Assembly (NCBI GenBank): GCA_049799515.1
Contig: JBARIA010000028.1
Location: 783-64,782, forward strand
Direction of reading: 5' to 3'
Length of the DNA stretch: 64,000 bases
Source of the DNA: Candidatus Dormiibacterota bacterium
Lineage (GTDB): Bacteria; Chloroflexota; Dormibacteria; Aeolococcales; Bog-877
Made by a program: the position numbers and the translations under genes. Shown here in pieces: positions 17,009 through 26,694 of the stretch. Numbering within the stretch: the first letter of the stretch is position 1; the number at the start of each line of letters is the position of its first letter. Below the pieces are notes generated by a model, which saw nothing but the letters and a program-made list of their open reading frames with translations, was not told the origin of the DNA and ran no database searches.

Positions 17009-19429
17009 CTACTCCGCGAAGTCAGGGAGCGCTCGAACCGGTCCCCCCGACGCCGCGGCAGCCAGTTGGGGTCGAGGTGGGCCCGGCGACCCCTCGAAGT
17101 GTCGCAGCCGGGAGCTGTTCCATACCACGAACGCCGAGGAAAGGGCCATGGCTCCGCCGGCGATCAGGGGATCCAGCCGACCTAGGGCGGCGAGAGGAAT
17201 GGCGATTACGTTGTATCCGAAGGCCCACATCAGATTGCCGCGGATGGTGCGGATGGTTCGGCGTGCCAGTCGGAGGGAATCCGGGACGACTCTGAGATCG
17301 TCGCGGACCAGGATCAGGTCGGCAGCGTTGATCGCGACATCCGTCCCCGAGCCGATCGCCAGCCCCAGATCGGCCTGAACCAGGGCTGGACCGTCGTTGA
17401 CTCCATCGCCGACCATGGCCACCGAGTGGCCTCGCGCCTGCAACTCCCTGACGATCCTGACCTTCTCCGTCGGCAGGGCACCAGCGACCACATCGTGGAT
17501 CCCGACCTCGGCGGCGACGGATCGAGCGGTCGCCTCGTTGTCCCCGGTCACCAAGATGCAGTGGAGTCCCAGCTGCTGCAACTCCCGGACCGCCGGAGCG
17601 GCCGACGGCTTGATCACGTCGGCGACCGCCAGCGCTCCCACGGTCTGACCATCCCGGGCCACCAGGACCGTGGTGTGGCTCATCACCTCCCAGCTGCGGC
17701 ACTGGGCGGCGATCTCCTTCGGGATGCTGACCCCTTGCTCCTGGAGGAGCTTTTGCCTGCCCACCAGCAGCCAGCGGCCGTCCACCATTCCACTAGCTCC
17801 GAGCCCGGCCAGGCTCTGGAAGTCAGCTGGTTGCGGCAGCTCCGGGAATTCGGAGCGAGCGGCGGCCGTGAGGGCCGCCGCAACCGCGTGCTCGCTGGCC
17901 TGCTCCAGGGCTCCGACCTCGTGCAGCACGCTGGCGCGGTCGACCCCGGGAACCGTGATCAGCCCTGCCAACTCCATCTTGCCTTGGGTAACCGTGCCGG
18001 TCTTGTCCAGAACCACTGTGTCAACGGTTCTGGAAGTCTCGAGACCCTGGTGCCCCTTGAAGAAGATCCCCAGTTGGGCGCCCCGCCCGGAGGCGACCCG
18101 CAGGGCTGCCGGGGTTGCCAGACCCAGGGCGCAGGGGCAGGCGATGATCAGCACGGCTAAGGCGGCGCTGAAGGCGGACTCCAAGGATCCCGAGAGCAGC
18201 ATCCAGACGATGAAGGTGAGGATCGCGCCGGCGATCACCGTCGGCACGAAAACAGCCGAGATCCGATCCGCCAGGCGCTGTACCGAGGCCTTCTGGAGCT
18301 GGGCCTGCTCGACCAGTTCGACCATGTGTGCCAGCTGGGTGTCTCCTCCAAGCTTGGTGGCCTTGACGATCAGCCGGCCGGTCACCACCACGGTCCCTCC
18401 TAGGACTCGGCGCCCCTCGAGGACGTCGATCGGAACCGACTCTCCAGTCATCGAACTGCAGTCGACCGCCGACTGGCCCAGCACTACCCGTCCGTCGGTG
18501 GCGATCGTCTCGCCCGGGCGGACGATGAACCGATCTCCCAGGCGGAGCTGGGCCACCGGAAGTCGCCGCTCGGAATCGTCGTCCTGGAGGATCGATACGT
18601 CCTTGGCCCCCACGGCAGCCAGCGCTCTGAGGGCATTGCCGGCCCGCCGGCGAGCTCGGGCCTCGAAGTAGCGCCCGGCGAGCAGGAAGGTGGTGACCCC
18701 AGCCGCGACATCCAGGTAGAGGGCTCCGCCCCCTTGATGGAGCAGGACGTAGAGCCCGGAGCGGCCCGGCTCACTGAAGTCCCTGAAGAACATCGCGTAG
18801 AGCGACCAGCTGGTGGCGGCGATGATTCCCATCGAGACCAGGGTGTCCATGGTCGAAGTTCCGTGCCGCGCGGCCCGGAGGGCGGCCCTGTGGAACGGCC
18901 AGGCTGCCCACAACACGACCGGAGCGCCCAGGGCGATGAACAACCACTGCCAGCCGGGAAAGCGCAGCCAGGGAAGCAGTGAGAAGGCTGTCGACCACTC
19001 GCCGAGCGGCATGAAGAGGAGAGCGGCCACCAGCAGTCGCCGTCCCAGGTACCGTACTCGCCGGTCATCTTCGGCCGCGTCGTCGTCGTCGCTGTGGCTG
19101 CTGCCAGCCAGCTCTGCCCCGTACCCCACCGCCTCCACTCGCTTGATCAGGAGAGGGATCGGTACCTCGGAGAAGAGAGAGACGGTCGCCCGCTCCGAGG
19201 CGTAGTTGACCTGGGCGCTCACGTGGTCGAGCTGGTTGAGGCTCCGCTCGATCTTGGCGGCGCAGGCGCCGCAACTCATCCCGCGGATCGTGAGTTGGAG
19301 CTGCCGAAATTGCGGGCCTGGCTCTTCACCGACCGGGGCCACCGCCACCGCCTCGCCTTGAGGGGGGGCCGCCTGGTCGGCGAGACCGGTTGCCGGATGA
19401 ACTCCGGGGTTCTCGGAGATTTCCTTCAT
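17009..19429 (-). CDS. copA: copper-translocating P1B-type ATPase
   Basis: N-terminal HMA domain GMSCGACAAKIE, CPCALGLATP transmembrane metal site, DKTGTVT phosphorylation site, and GDGVNDGPAL. Confidence 0.95.
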   Translation of the reverse strand: MKEISENPGVHPATGLADQAAPPQGEAVAVAPVGEEPGPQFRQLQLTIRGMSCGACAAKIERSLNQLDHVSAQVNYASERATVSLFSEVPIPLLIKRVEAVGYGAELAGSSHSDDDDAAEDDRRVRYLGRRLLVAALLFMPLGEWSTAFSLLPWLRFPGWQWLFIALGAPVVLWAAWPFHRAALRAARHGTSTMDTLVSMGIIAATSWSLYAMFFRDFSEPGRSGLYVLLHQGGGALYLDVAAGVTTFLLAGRYFEARARRRAGNALRALAAVGAKDVSILQDDDSERRLPVAQLRLGDRFIVRPGETIATDGRVVLGQSAVDCSSMTGESVPIDVLEGRRVLGGTVVVTGRLIVKATKLGGDTQLAHMVELVEQAQLQKASVQRLADRISAVFVPTVIAGAILTFIVWMLLSGSLESAFSAALAVLIIACPCALGLATPAALRVASGRGAQLGIFFKGHQGLETSRTVDTVVLDKTGTVTQGKMELAGLITVPGVDRASVLHEVGALEQASEHAVAAALTAAARSEFPELPQPADFQSLAGLGASGMVDGRWLLVGRQKLLQEQGVSIPKEIAAQCRSWEVMSHTTVLVARDGQTVGALAVADVIKPSAAPAVRELQQLGLHCILVTGDNEATARSVAAEVGIHDVVAGALPTEKVRIVRELQARGHSVAMVGDGVNDGPALVQADLGLAIGSGTDVAINAADLILVRDDLRVVPDSLRLARRTIRTIRGNLMWAFGYNVIAIPLAALGRLDPLIAGGAMALSSAFVVWNSSRLRHFEGSPGPPRPQLAAAASGGPVRALPDFAE

Positions 19430-19714
19430 AGCCGACCTGCCAAGGCGCTCGGCACCCGGTCTGAGAGCTCAGCCGAACTGATCGACCAGCTGAGCACAGG
19501 GGCTCCGGTCGAGGTCCGGAGGCTAGACCCAGACCCGTTCTCTGCTGAGCGGATACCGGCGGTTCCGATCACGATGCGATCTACTCTAACGAGGGCAGAG
19601 TTGGCCGGTCGACTGTGGTGGCACCTCCTATGCCGTGGACTGGGCCCCCCCTTCCGACCGAATGCCCCGCTGGCGGCAGATTTCCGAGGACCCCAGCGCC
19701 GCTGGCCACCGAGC

Positions 19715-20350
19715 TCAGGTGAAAAGTTGGGGCCACTGGGTGACGGTGAGCATCAGCATCATCGAGAAAGCGATCGTGAAGTCGCCGTTGGTGCCTAGAG
19801 TCCTGAGCGACGGGCGGTCCCCGCGGCTCGCGGCGGGGGCCCCCGAGGCCCGGCGGGCCGCGCTCAGGGTGCTGCCGATGAAGCCTAGGTAGATGACCAA
19901 GCAGGCGATGGTTATCCCGGAGACGCTAGTCGCCGAAAACATGTAAGCCATCGACGCGTTGATGAAAAGATGCCAGCACTCACTGCTTCGATCGCAGGAA
20001 TTCCAGCGAACAATCAGCCGGATCAGAAAAATTCCAGCAAACACTGCGAATGCGACAACATAGCCCAGCAGTGGACCGAGGTACGGAATGGTGCCGATCA
20101 TCAGCAGTGCCATGCCGATCATGCCCACGGCGTGGACTGTGTGACCCAAAAGATCGGGGAGTGTGTGATAGCGGGCGATGTGTCCGCGCTGTAGATATCG
20201 CCAGATGAAGATGAACAGAACGTAGGAGGAAAGAATGACAACGATGATCAGAGCCAGCTCGATGACGGGAGGTCCCGACTGAGAATGTGATGGAGGAACT
20301 GACGATGCGCACCCCGGCATCACCATGCCAGGCATGCACTCGGCTTTCAT
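19715..20350 (-). CDS. membrane protein with Met/Cys-rich N-terminus (DUF5134-like, tentative)
   Basis: MKAECMPGMVMPGCASS... followed by 5-6 TM segments with conserved His. Lies in a markedly lower-GC patch. Confidence 0.7.
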   Translation of the reverse strand: MKAECMPGMVMPGCASSVPPSHSQSGPPVIELALIIVVILSSYVLFIFIWRYLQRGHIARYHTLPDLLGHTVHAVGMIGMALLMIGTIPYLGPLLGYVVAFAVFAGIFLIRLIVRWNSCDRSSECWHLFINASMAYMFSATSVSGITIACLVIYLGFIGSTLSAARRASGAPAASRGDRPSLRTLGTNGDFTIAFSMMLMLTVTQWPQLFT

Positions 20351-20561
20351 CGATCACTTCTCCCCAATTGGCGCACGCTCCCTCGACGTCATCGCCAAGA
20401 CGCGACCATCGGGGTAGAGCACCGAAGCGTCGCTTCCACGCAGCTCGGCGCTGAAATGATAGACGCCGGAAGTTCGGCCGTCGCTCCGATCGTCCCAATT
20501 GGAGCCCAGAGTATTATGGCTGGTGCCGACTGGGGCCACAGTCTAGGGACCGGGGACCGAA

Positions 20562-22319
20562 ATGCCTGGGATGGGAAACTACGGTACAGAGACCATTGGG
20601 GGCTTCTACCCGTACCTCTTCATAGACCTGCTGATCATTCTGGGATTGGTCTGGGTTTGTTGGGGAGTGCAGGTCGGCTTCCGCTACCTGGACGAGCGCG
20701 AGGGTCGAGTCCTCGACAAGGCTTCCCAGGCGACTCCCAGCCCGATTCCTCTGATCCCGGCGCGACTCTTCCTCCGTCGGGCGATCGGGATCATCTGGAT
20801 CGCCGATGGGCTGCTCCAGGCCCAACCGGCGATGCCCGGGGGATTCGCCAAGAACGTGGTGGCGCCGCTGGCCGCCGGTCAGCCGCACCTGCTGGCCAAC
20901 CTACTGAACTGGGAAGTCTACTTCTGGCAGGCTCACCCCCTAGACCTGGCGGTTGCCACAGTGTTCATTCAAGTCGGCATTGGGGTGGCCATCCTGGCGG
21001 GCGGCGACTCTCCCCTGGGCAAGTTCGGACTGTGGGCCTCGATCGCCTGGGGGCTCTTCGTCTGGGTAGGAGGGGAGGGGCTCGGAGGCATTTTGATCTC
21101 CGGCACCACTGAGCTGATGGGAGCTCCAGGGGCGGTGCTGGTCTATGTCGCCGCGGCCGGCCTGCTGCTGGCGCCCCGGCGAATCTGGGAGAGCGGTCGA
21201 GCCTATCGGGGAATCCGCATCGGCGTCGGGGCTGTTCTTCTGCTTGGCGCACTCCTGCAGGCGATCCCCTGGGAGGGGTTCTGGACAGGGCACGGCCTCA
21301 GCGCGATGTTCTTGGCGATGGCGGGGGTCCCCCAACCAGGCTTCCTGTCCGGCCCGGTGCTGGCCGTCGCCCACCTGGCTCGATCCCAGCCGATCCTCCT
21401 GAATTCCGTCTTCATCGCCGTGATGTTGGCGCTCGGGTCTGGCCTTATCCTGGGGCGCGCGCCCAGGCGCTGGACCATCGCGACGCTGGTCTGGCTGGCG
21501 ATCACCTGGTGGATCGGACAAGACTTTGGCGCCCTCGGCAGCAAGACGGCCACCGATCCCAATCTCTCTCCCTTGCTGGCGGTGATGCTGGTCTGCGCCT
21601 GGATCGGCACCCGGCCTCAGCCGGCGGTGAGTCGGGTTGAGAAGGTCTCGGGTCGGGTGATCGGCTTACGCCGGACGGCGGCTCTGGGCGGGCTGCTCGC
21701 CCTGGGGGTGGCGATGGTTCCGGTGCTGCTCGGGCTGCCGGTGGCGGCGGCCCAGTCGGCGACCATCGAGGCCCTGAACACGGGCGGGAGCCTGGACCCG
21801 GTTAGCAATCAGAGCCTCCCTGATCTGACGCTGGTCAATCAGAACGGCCGCACGGTTGACCTGCGCCAGTGGTCGAACAAAGTGGTGGTGCTGACCTTCC
21901 TGGATCCGCTGTGCTACTTCCAGTGTCCGATCGTCGCCGAGCAGGTCGCCCAGGCAGATCGGCAATTGGGCCCACTTGCCAAGCAGGTGGAGTTCGTCGC
22001 GGTAGTGGCGAACCCCATTTACCACAGTATTTCGGTGGTCCGGGACTTTGACTCGACCACGCTTGTGAATCGCTTGCCCAACTGGGAATACCTCACCGGC
22101 TCGCTCTCCCAGCTGGAGCGCGTCTGGTCCGATTTCTCGTTACCCATTGAGATCCCCCGCTTGGACATGGTGGAGCACCCCACGGTGCTCTATTTCGTCA
22201 AGCCTGGTGGGCAGGAGGTCAGCCTGGCTCAGGATGCGGCGCTCAGCCAGGCCAGCGTCATAACTTCATACGCGTCGCTGATAGACCAGCAGGTCAAGTC
22301 GATCATTAGTGGTCAGTGA
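20562..22319 (+). CDS. fusion of unrecognised polytopic membrane domain (paralog B) with C-terminal SCO1/SenC thioredoxin-like copper chaperone domain
   Basis: Residues ~75-365 are homologous to the 15168 product. The C-terminal domain has VVVLTFLDPLCYFQCP (CxxxC) and a downstream His (EHPTVLYFV), as in SCO proteins. Confidence 0.85.
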   Translation: MPGMGNYGTETIGGFYPYLFIDLLIILGLVWVCWGVQVGFRYLDEREGRVLDKASQATPSPIPLIPARLFLRRAIGIIWIADGLLQAQPAMPGGFAKNVVAPLAAGQPHLLANLLNWEVYFWQAHPLDLAVATVFIQVGIGVAILAGGDSPLGKFGLWASIAWGLFVWVGGEGLGGILISGTTELMGAPGAVLVYVAAAGLLLAPRRIWESGRAYRGIRIGVGAVLLLGALLQAIPWEGFWTGHGLSAMFLAMAGVPQPGFLSGPVLAVAHLARSQPILLNSVFIAVMLALGSGLILGRAPRRWTIATLVWLAITWWIGQDFGALGSKTATDPNLSPLLAVMLVCAWIGTRPQPAVSRVEKVSGRVIGLRRTAALGGLLALGVAMVPVLLGLPVAAAQSATIEALNTGGSLDPVSNQSLPDLTLVNQNGRTVDLRQWSNKVVVLTFLDPLCYFQCPIVAEQVAQADRQLGPLAKQVEFVAVVANPIYHSISVVRDFDSTTLVNRLPNWEYLTGSLSQLERVWSDFSLPIEIPRLDMVEHPTVLYFVKPGGQEVSLAQDAALSQASVITSYASLIDQQVKSIISGQ

Positions 22320-23506
22320 CCTCGGGCCCGGGCAAGCCATGGTGGCGGACATGGCGCGCCTGGATCCTTCCCGCTGTGCTGGGCCTGGGCTTGGTGATTC
22401 TCGGGATCAGCCTTCTCCCGGTGGCACCTGTGGCTCCCACCACGGCTACCCTACCCGACACCGCGGCGGGGAAGCTCGTCGAGAAGATCGAGACCATCGA
22501 CTACCCAACTCCCCAGGTGGGCTGGGCCTTGGTCGCAGCTTCACCCTATTGGAAGCTGGTGAGAACCGTCGATGCCGGCGGGAAGTGGCAGGATGTCAAC
22601 CCCGCCGGTGACGCGAGCCGCGGCGGCGTCGTCCTGACTGTGATGGGTCCTGAAGCGGCGGCGGTGGTTATTCTCCCCTTCGAATACATCCGCGACTCCG
22701 CGTTCGCCGTTACCACCGACGGTGGCGCCCGATGGAGTGCCGGCGTCCTTCCCAATGGGGCATCCTCCGGGCCGGACCCGATCTTCGCTCTCAGCGCTCA
22801 GCGGATCTTCGCTGTGCTTGGGAGCGGGACCGTTGTCGCCAGCACCGACGGGGGTGGCCAGTGGGCGACTGTGAATCTTCCGGCGCTGGCATCGGGTACA
22901 TGCACGCCGACATCTATCTGGTTCACAGCGCCAGCCAGTGGGTGGGTTACTGGCAGCTGTACTGGGGTCGCTGCGCTATGGCACAGCAGCGATGCTGGTC
23001 AATCCTGGCAATCGGAGGTGCTGTCCAGTACCTACGGGAGTTCCACTCCTGTCTCGGTGGCCCCGCCACAGGCCACCCCTTCTGGCGGCGCGCTGACGAC
23101 CACGGTGGCCACTGTCGGCAGCACCGAGTCGCTGCGGGTCTTTGATGACTCGTCGGGAAGCTGGCGGGCGGCGCCAGCTTTGTCCCTGCCTGCGGGCCGG
23201 GTGCTGGTATCGTTCGCCAACCCGTCCGATGGCTGGGTGGTGGTCGCGCCCCGGGCAACCGGTGCCCTCGCCCTCGCCTATTACACCTCGAGTGAGGGCA
23301 ACTACTGGTCGGTGAGGACTACCCCAATTTCCGCTGGTCAGGTTACCGGCCTCGACCTAAGTTCTTCGGAAAACGTCGTGGCGCTGGCTCAGGCAGGTCG
23401 TGTCCACCTGCTCTGGACCAGCAGCAACGCCGGAGTCAAGTGGACCAGTTCCGAGTTGACGATCGTCAACGGACCGGCCCCGGTGGTCAACGGAATCACG
23501 CCCTGA
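22316..23506 (+). CDS. N-terminally anchored BNR/Asp-box beta-propeller protein (Ycf48-like)
   Basis: TM anchor, then at least five Asp-box-like repeats (TVDAGGKW, TTDGGARW, STDGGGQW, SSDAGQSW, SSNAGVKW). GTGA overlap with the SCO fusion gene. Confidence 0.8.
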   Translation: MTSGPGKPWWRTWRAWILPAVLGLGLVILGISLLPVAPVAPTTATLPDTAAGKLVEKIETIDYPTPQVGWALVAASPYWKLVRTVDAGGKWQDVNPAGDASRGGVVLTVMGPEAAAVVILPFEYIRDSAFAVTTDGGARWSAGVLPNGASSGPDPIFALSAQRIFAVLGSGTVVASTDGGGQWATVNLPALASGTCTPTSIWFTAPASGWVTGSCTGVAALWHSSDAGQSWQSEVLSSTYGSSTPVSVAPPQATPSGGALTTTVATVGSTESLRVFDDSSGSWRAAPALSLPAGRVLVSFANPSDGWVVVAPRATGALALAYYTSSEGNYWSVRTTPISAGQVTGLDLSSSENVVALAQAGRVHLLWTSSNAGVKWTSSELTIVNGPAPVVNGITP

Positions 23507-23581
23507 GTTGGGCGGCAATCGCCAAGGCAACACCGGTTCCAGCCGCTGTTCAGGAATACAAGCCGGCGCGCCTTGCCCCGC

Positions 23582-24907
23582 TCACTCCTCCGCATCGTTG
23601 GTCTGGCTCGCCGGGCCGGCGGGCCTTGCTCCAACCAGTAGCCTGATCGGGCGATCCACCGCGACGTAGTCCCAGGCCCAGTTCATCAGGGTGACGACCC
23701 TGGCCCGGAAGGTCAGGATGTTGACCAGGTGCACCACCAGCCAGAGCACCCAGCCGATGAAGCCGCTGAACTGAAGCGGTCCGATCTGGGCGATCCCCGA
23801 GTTCCGCCCGACCGTGGCCATGATCCCTCGATCGTGGTATCGGAGATTGGCCACCGGCTGGCCCTTCGTCATGGCTTCGATGTTGCGGGCCGCCAGCCGG
23901 GCCTGCTGGATGGCCACCTGGGCGAGCATCGGAAGGTCGTCCAAGACGGCGAGGTCTCCGATCACCATCACCTCGGGATGTCCCGCCAATTGCAGTGTCG
24001 AGCTAACCGGAACTCGACCGGCCCGGTCCGGATCAACCCCGAGCTTCTTCCCCAGGGGAGCTCCGCAGACGCCGGCGGTCCACACCACCGAGGAGGTGGG
24101 GACGACCCGGCCATCGAGCAGGACCAACCGATCGCTCTCGATGCTCTGGACCGGGCTGTTCAGCAGCACCTGGACCCCCCTACGGATCAGAGATCGGGTG
24201 GCGGCCCGGCGAAGGCCCGGCTTGAAGGCTCCCAGCAATTCATCGGCGGCCTCGACCAGTAGCACCTGAGACGCCGAGATGTCGACGCCCCTGAAGTCCT
24301 TGGTGAGCACCAGGTGGATCAGCTCCAGCAGTGCGCCGGCGAACTCCACTCCGGTGGGGCCACCGCCGACCACCGCGAAGGTGATCAGCTGGGCCCGGCG
24401 CTCTGGGTTGGTCTCCCAGCTGGCCATCTCGAATCGTTGCAGGACCCAGTTGCGCAGGGTGAGGGCGTCAGGGAGCGTCTTCAACCCCAGGGAGTGCTGT
24501 TCTAGGGTGTGGTTACCGAAGTAGTTGCTGACACTGCCGGCGGCGATCACCAGATAGTCATATGGGATCCGGCCCTGGTCAGTCTCGATGAAGTGGTGAT
24601 CAAGGTCCACATCCGAAACCTCCGCCACATGGAAGGTGCAGTTGCGAATCCGGCGCACCAACTTACGCACCGGCTGGGCAATCTCCGAAGGGTTCAGCAG
24701 CGAGGAGGCCACCTGGTAGAGGAGGGGGGTGAAGAGGTGGTAGTTGCGCTGGTCCAGCAGGGTCACGTCGACCCGGGCCCGCTTCAGGCTACGGGCTAGC
24801 GTGAGACCGGCGAAGCCTGCCCCAACGACGACCACGCGCGGTCGGCTAGCCGTGGTTGGCGCCTGGGTAATGAGGGCAGTCGCCGGTTCGCGATCCACTC
24901 TGGCCAT
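23582..24907 (-). CDS. ndh: type II NADH dehydrogenase (NDH-2)
   Basis: VVVVGAGFAGL and FAVVGGGPTGVEFAG dinucleotide folds, GDLA motif. Start is probably ATG 24907 or GTG 24898 after AAGGAG, rather than 25000. Confidence 0.85.
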   Translation of the reverse strand: MARVDREPATALITQAPTTASRPRVVVVGAGFAGLTLARSLKRARVDVTLLDQRNYHLFTPLLYQVASSLLNPSEIAQPVRKLVRRIRNCTFHVAEVSDVDLDHHFIETDQGRIPYDYLVIAAGSVSNYFGNHTLEQHSLGLKTLPDALTLRNWVLQRFEMASWETNPERRAQLITFAVVGGGPTGVEFAGALLELIHLVLTKDFRGVDISASQVLLVEAADELLGAFKPGLRRAATRSLIRRGVQVLLNSPVQSIESDRLVLLDGRVVPTSSVVWTAGVCGAPLGKKLGVDPDRAGRVPVSSTLQLAGHPEVMVIGDLAVLDDLPMLAQVAIQQARLAARNIEAMTKGQPVANLRYHDRGIMATVGRNSGIAQIGPLQFSGFIGWVLWLVVHLVNILTFRARVVTLMNWAWDYVAVDRPIRLLVGARPAGPASQTNDAEE

Positions 24908-25084
24908 CTCCTTGGAGTCAGTTAAGCAGCTTCGTATTGGAGTTTGACTCGGTCCACAGAAGTGGCCGGCCTGGTATCGGCGGATGTCCATCTCGCCCAC
25001 TCGGCGAACCCGAAAAAGGAGTGTCCCCCCGGTCCGTTGACCGGGGGGACACCAGATGCTGTCAGCTTATCCGGATGGAGGGGA

Positions 25085-26614
25085 TCAGCCTGCCGGGCCG
25101 GTGCCCAGGGTCACCGAGGCCGTGTGGCTGGTGTCACTGGAGTCGACCCAGGTCAATGAGATGGTCTGGCCGGGCTTGGCGCTTTCGATCACGGTTGAGA
25201 GTGAGGCCTCGGTGGTGATGGTGGTGCCGTTGGCTGCGGTGATGACGTCACCTGCCACCAGGCCGGCGGACGAGGCCGCCGTTTGGGCGATGACAGAGGT
25301 GATCAAGGCTCCCGAATCGACTGGAGGAGTGTACTGGCCGTAGCTTCCGCCGTAGCCGCCCGGCCCGCTGCTGCTCGCGCTGCTGGCGTTCTCGACGTCA
25401 ACTCCGAGGAAGGCGGGAAGGCCCAGGTGGACGGTGGAGCTGCCTTGCCCCTGCTGGATCTCGCTGGCGATTGACAGGGCGGTGTTGATCGGAATCGAGA
25501 AGCCCACCGTCGAACACTCGCTCGAGGAGGAGCCGGTGTAGGCAGCCGTATTCATCCCGATCACCTGACCGGCTGAGTCGGCTAGCGGTCCTCCGGAGTT
25601 CCCCTCGCAGAGCGAGGCGTCACTCTGCAGGAGTCCGGTGAGATTCTCGCTGCTCTCATTGCCCTCGTCGCTGGCGGTGATAGATCGGTCGAGGTTGGTG
25701 ATGGCCCCGCTGGTGACGGTTGGCTTGCCGGGCAGATCGAGCGCGTTGCCGATGGCGACTACGGGCAGGCCTACGGAGAGGTCCGACGAATTACCGACCG
25801 GGATCGTTTTCAACCCAGAGGCGTTCTCGAGTTGCAGCAAGGCGACATCCTGAGTGTCGTCGTAGCCGACCACCTTGGCGGTGTACTTGGTTCCGGCTCC
25901 GTCGACCTGGGCGGTGATGCTGGTGGCTCCGTTGATAACGTGATTGTTGGTCAACACCTCGCCGTTCGAGGTCAGGATCATGCCGGTGCCGGCCGAGGTG
26001 GCGTTCTGATCGCCGTCGACCGCGGTGATGTCTACCACCCCGGGCTCGACCTTGGCGGTTACCGCTGACACATTCAGGGTTCCGGTCTTGGCCGTCACCC
26101 CTGACGACGCCGCCGGCTTGGGGATTGGCTGGTTTGCCAGCGGGGCGTTGCCGGAGTTGCCGAGCCGGTAGCCGACAAAGCCCACGCCCACCAGGATTGC
26201 CAGCACAGCCACCCCGGCGCCCGCGCGCCTTCCCCAACTGGGACCTCCGGAGCCTGGCGTACCGAGGGCGTCGACGATCTGAGGCGGTCCCGATCCGCCT
26301 GGGGGAGGGGAGAAGGGCCCTGCGAACTCCGCGTTGGGACCCTGACTGGGCACCGGCCCCGACGACTCGGGCTGGGCCGGAGGTGTCCACGGGACTGAGC
26401 CGGGAGCAGCCTCGGGAGGCTGGGGGACCGGGTTTTCGGGTTGGGGATCGGAGTTGCTGTCCACTGGTCTGGCACCTATCTTGCGCGCGTCCCGGCTCAG
26501 GTCGAAGGCGGGAACTTCGCTTGGTTGCTCTGTGCTTAGGCTTTGACTTTGCTCCCTCCAGATTGGATTAGTGTGAGAGAAACCTGGGAAGACGTCGAGA
26601 ATTCCAACTCGCAC
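25085..26614 (-). CDS. S1C (HtrA/DegP-like) serine protease with C-terminal PDZ domain
   Basis: Pro-rich N-terminus, TM anchor, catalytic motifs TNNHV / DVALL / GNSGGPL, and a PDZ-like tail. Start uncertain. Confidence 0.9.
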   Translation of the reverse strand: MRVGILDVFPGFSHTNPIWREQSQSLSTEQPSEVPAFDLSRDARKIGARPVDSNSDPQPENPVPQPPEAAPGSVPWTPPAQPESSGPVPSQGPNAEFAGPFSPPPGGSGPPQIVDALGTPGSGGPSWGRRAGAGVAVLAILVGVGFVGYRLGNSGNAPLANQPIPKPAASSGVTAKTGTLNVSAVTAKVEPGVVDITAVDGDQNATSAGTGMILTSNGEVLTNNHVINGATSITAQVDGAGTKYTAKVVGYDDTQDVALLQLENASGLKTIPVGNSSDLSVGLPVVAIGNALDLPGKPTVTSGAITNLDRSITASDEGNESSENLTGLLQSDASLCEGNSGGPLADSAGQVIGMNTAAYTGSSSSECSTVGFSIPINTALSIASEIQQGQGSSTVHLGLPAFLGVDVENASSASSSGPGGYGGSYGQYTPPVDSGALITSVIAQTAASSAGLVAGDVITAANGTTITTEASLSTVIESAKPGQTISLTWVDSSDTSHTASVTLGTGPAG

Positions 26615-26694
26615 CCGGCTAGGCTGCTCGGCATTAGATTTGCTGGGTAGGCGGGCTTGGGGGTCCGTCCGGAAAGCAGCAGGGAGGTGCGCTC

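Noticed and set aside
19430-19714. Looked for a CsoR-type (TACCC...GGGTA) or CopY-type (TACAnnTGTA) operator, or a small CopZ/CsoR gene, in the gaps of the copper locus (also 20351-20561).
   Set aside because: No matching dyad and no suitable small ORF were found. The regulator of the locus is not identifiable in this window.
20354-20539. 61-aa minus-strand ORF immediately upstream (3 nt) of the Met/Cys-rich membrane protein gene.
   Set aside because: It has no recognisable motif and no obvious Shine-Dalgarno sequence. It fills almost the entire divergent promoter region for the 20562 gene. It could be real, since it lies in a lower-GC region where random ORFs are rarer, but the evidence is too thin to call.
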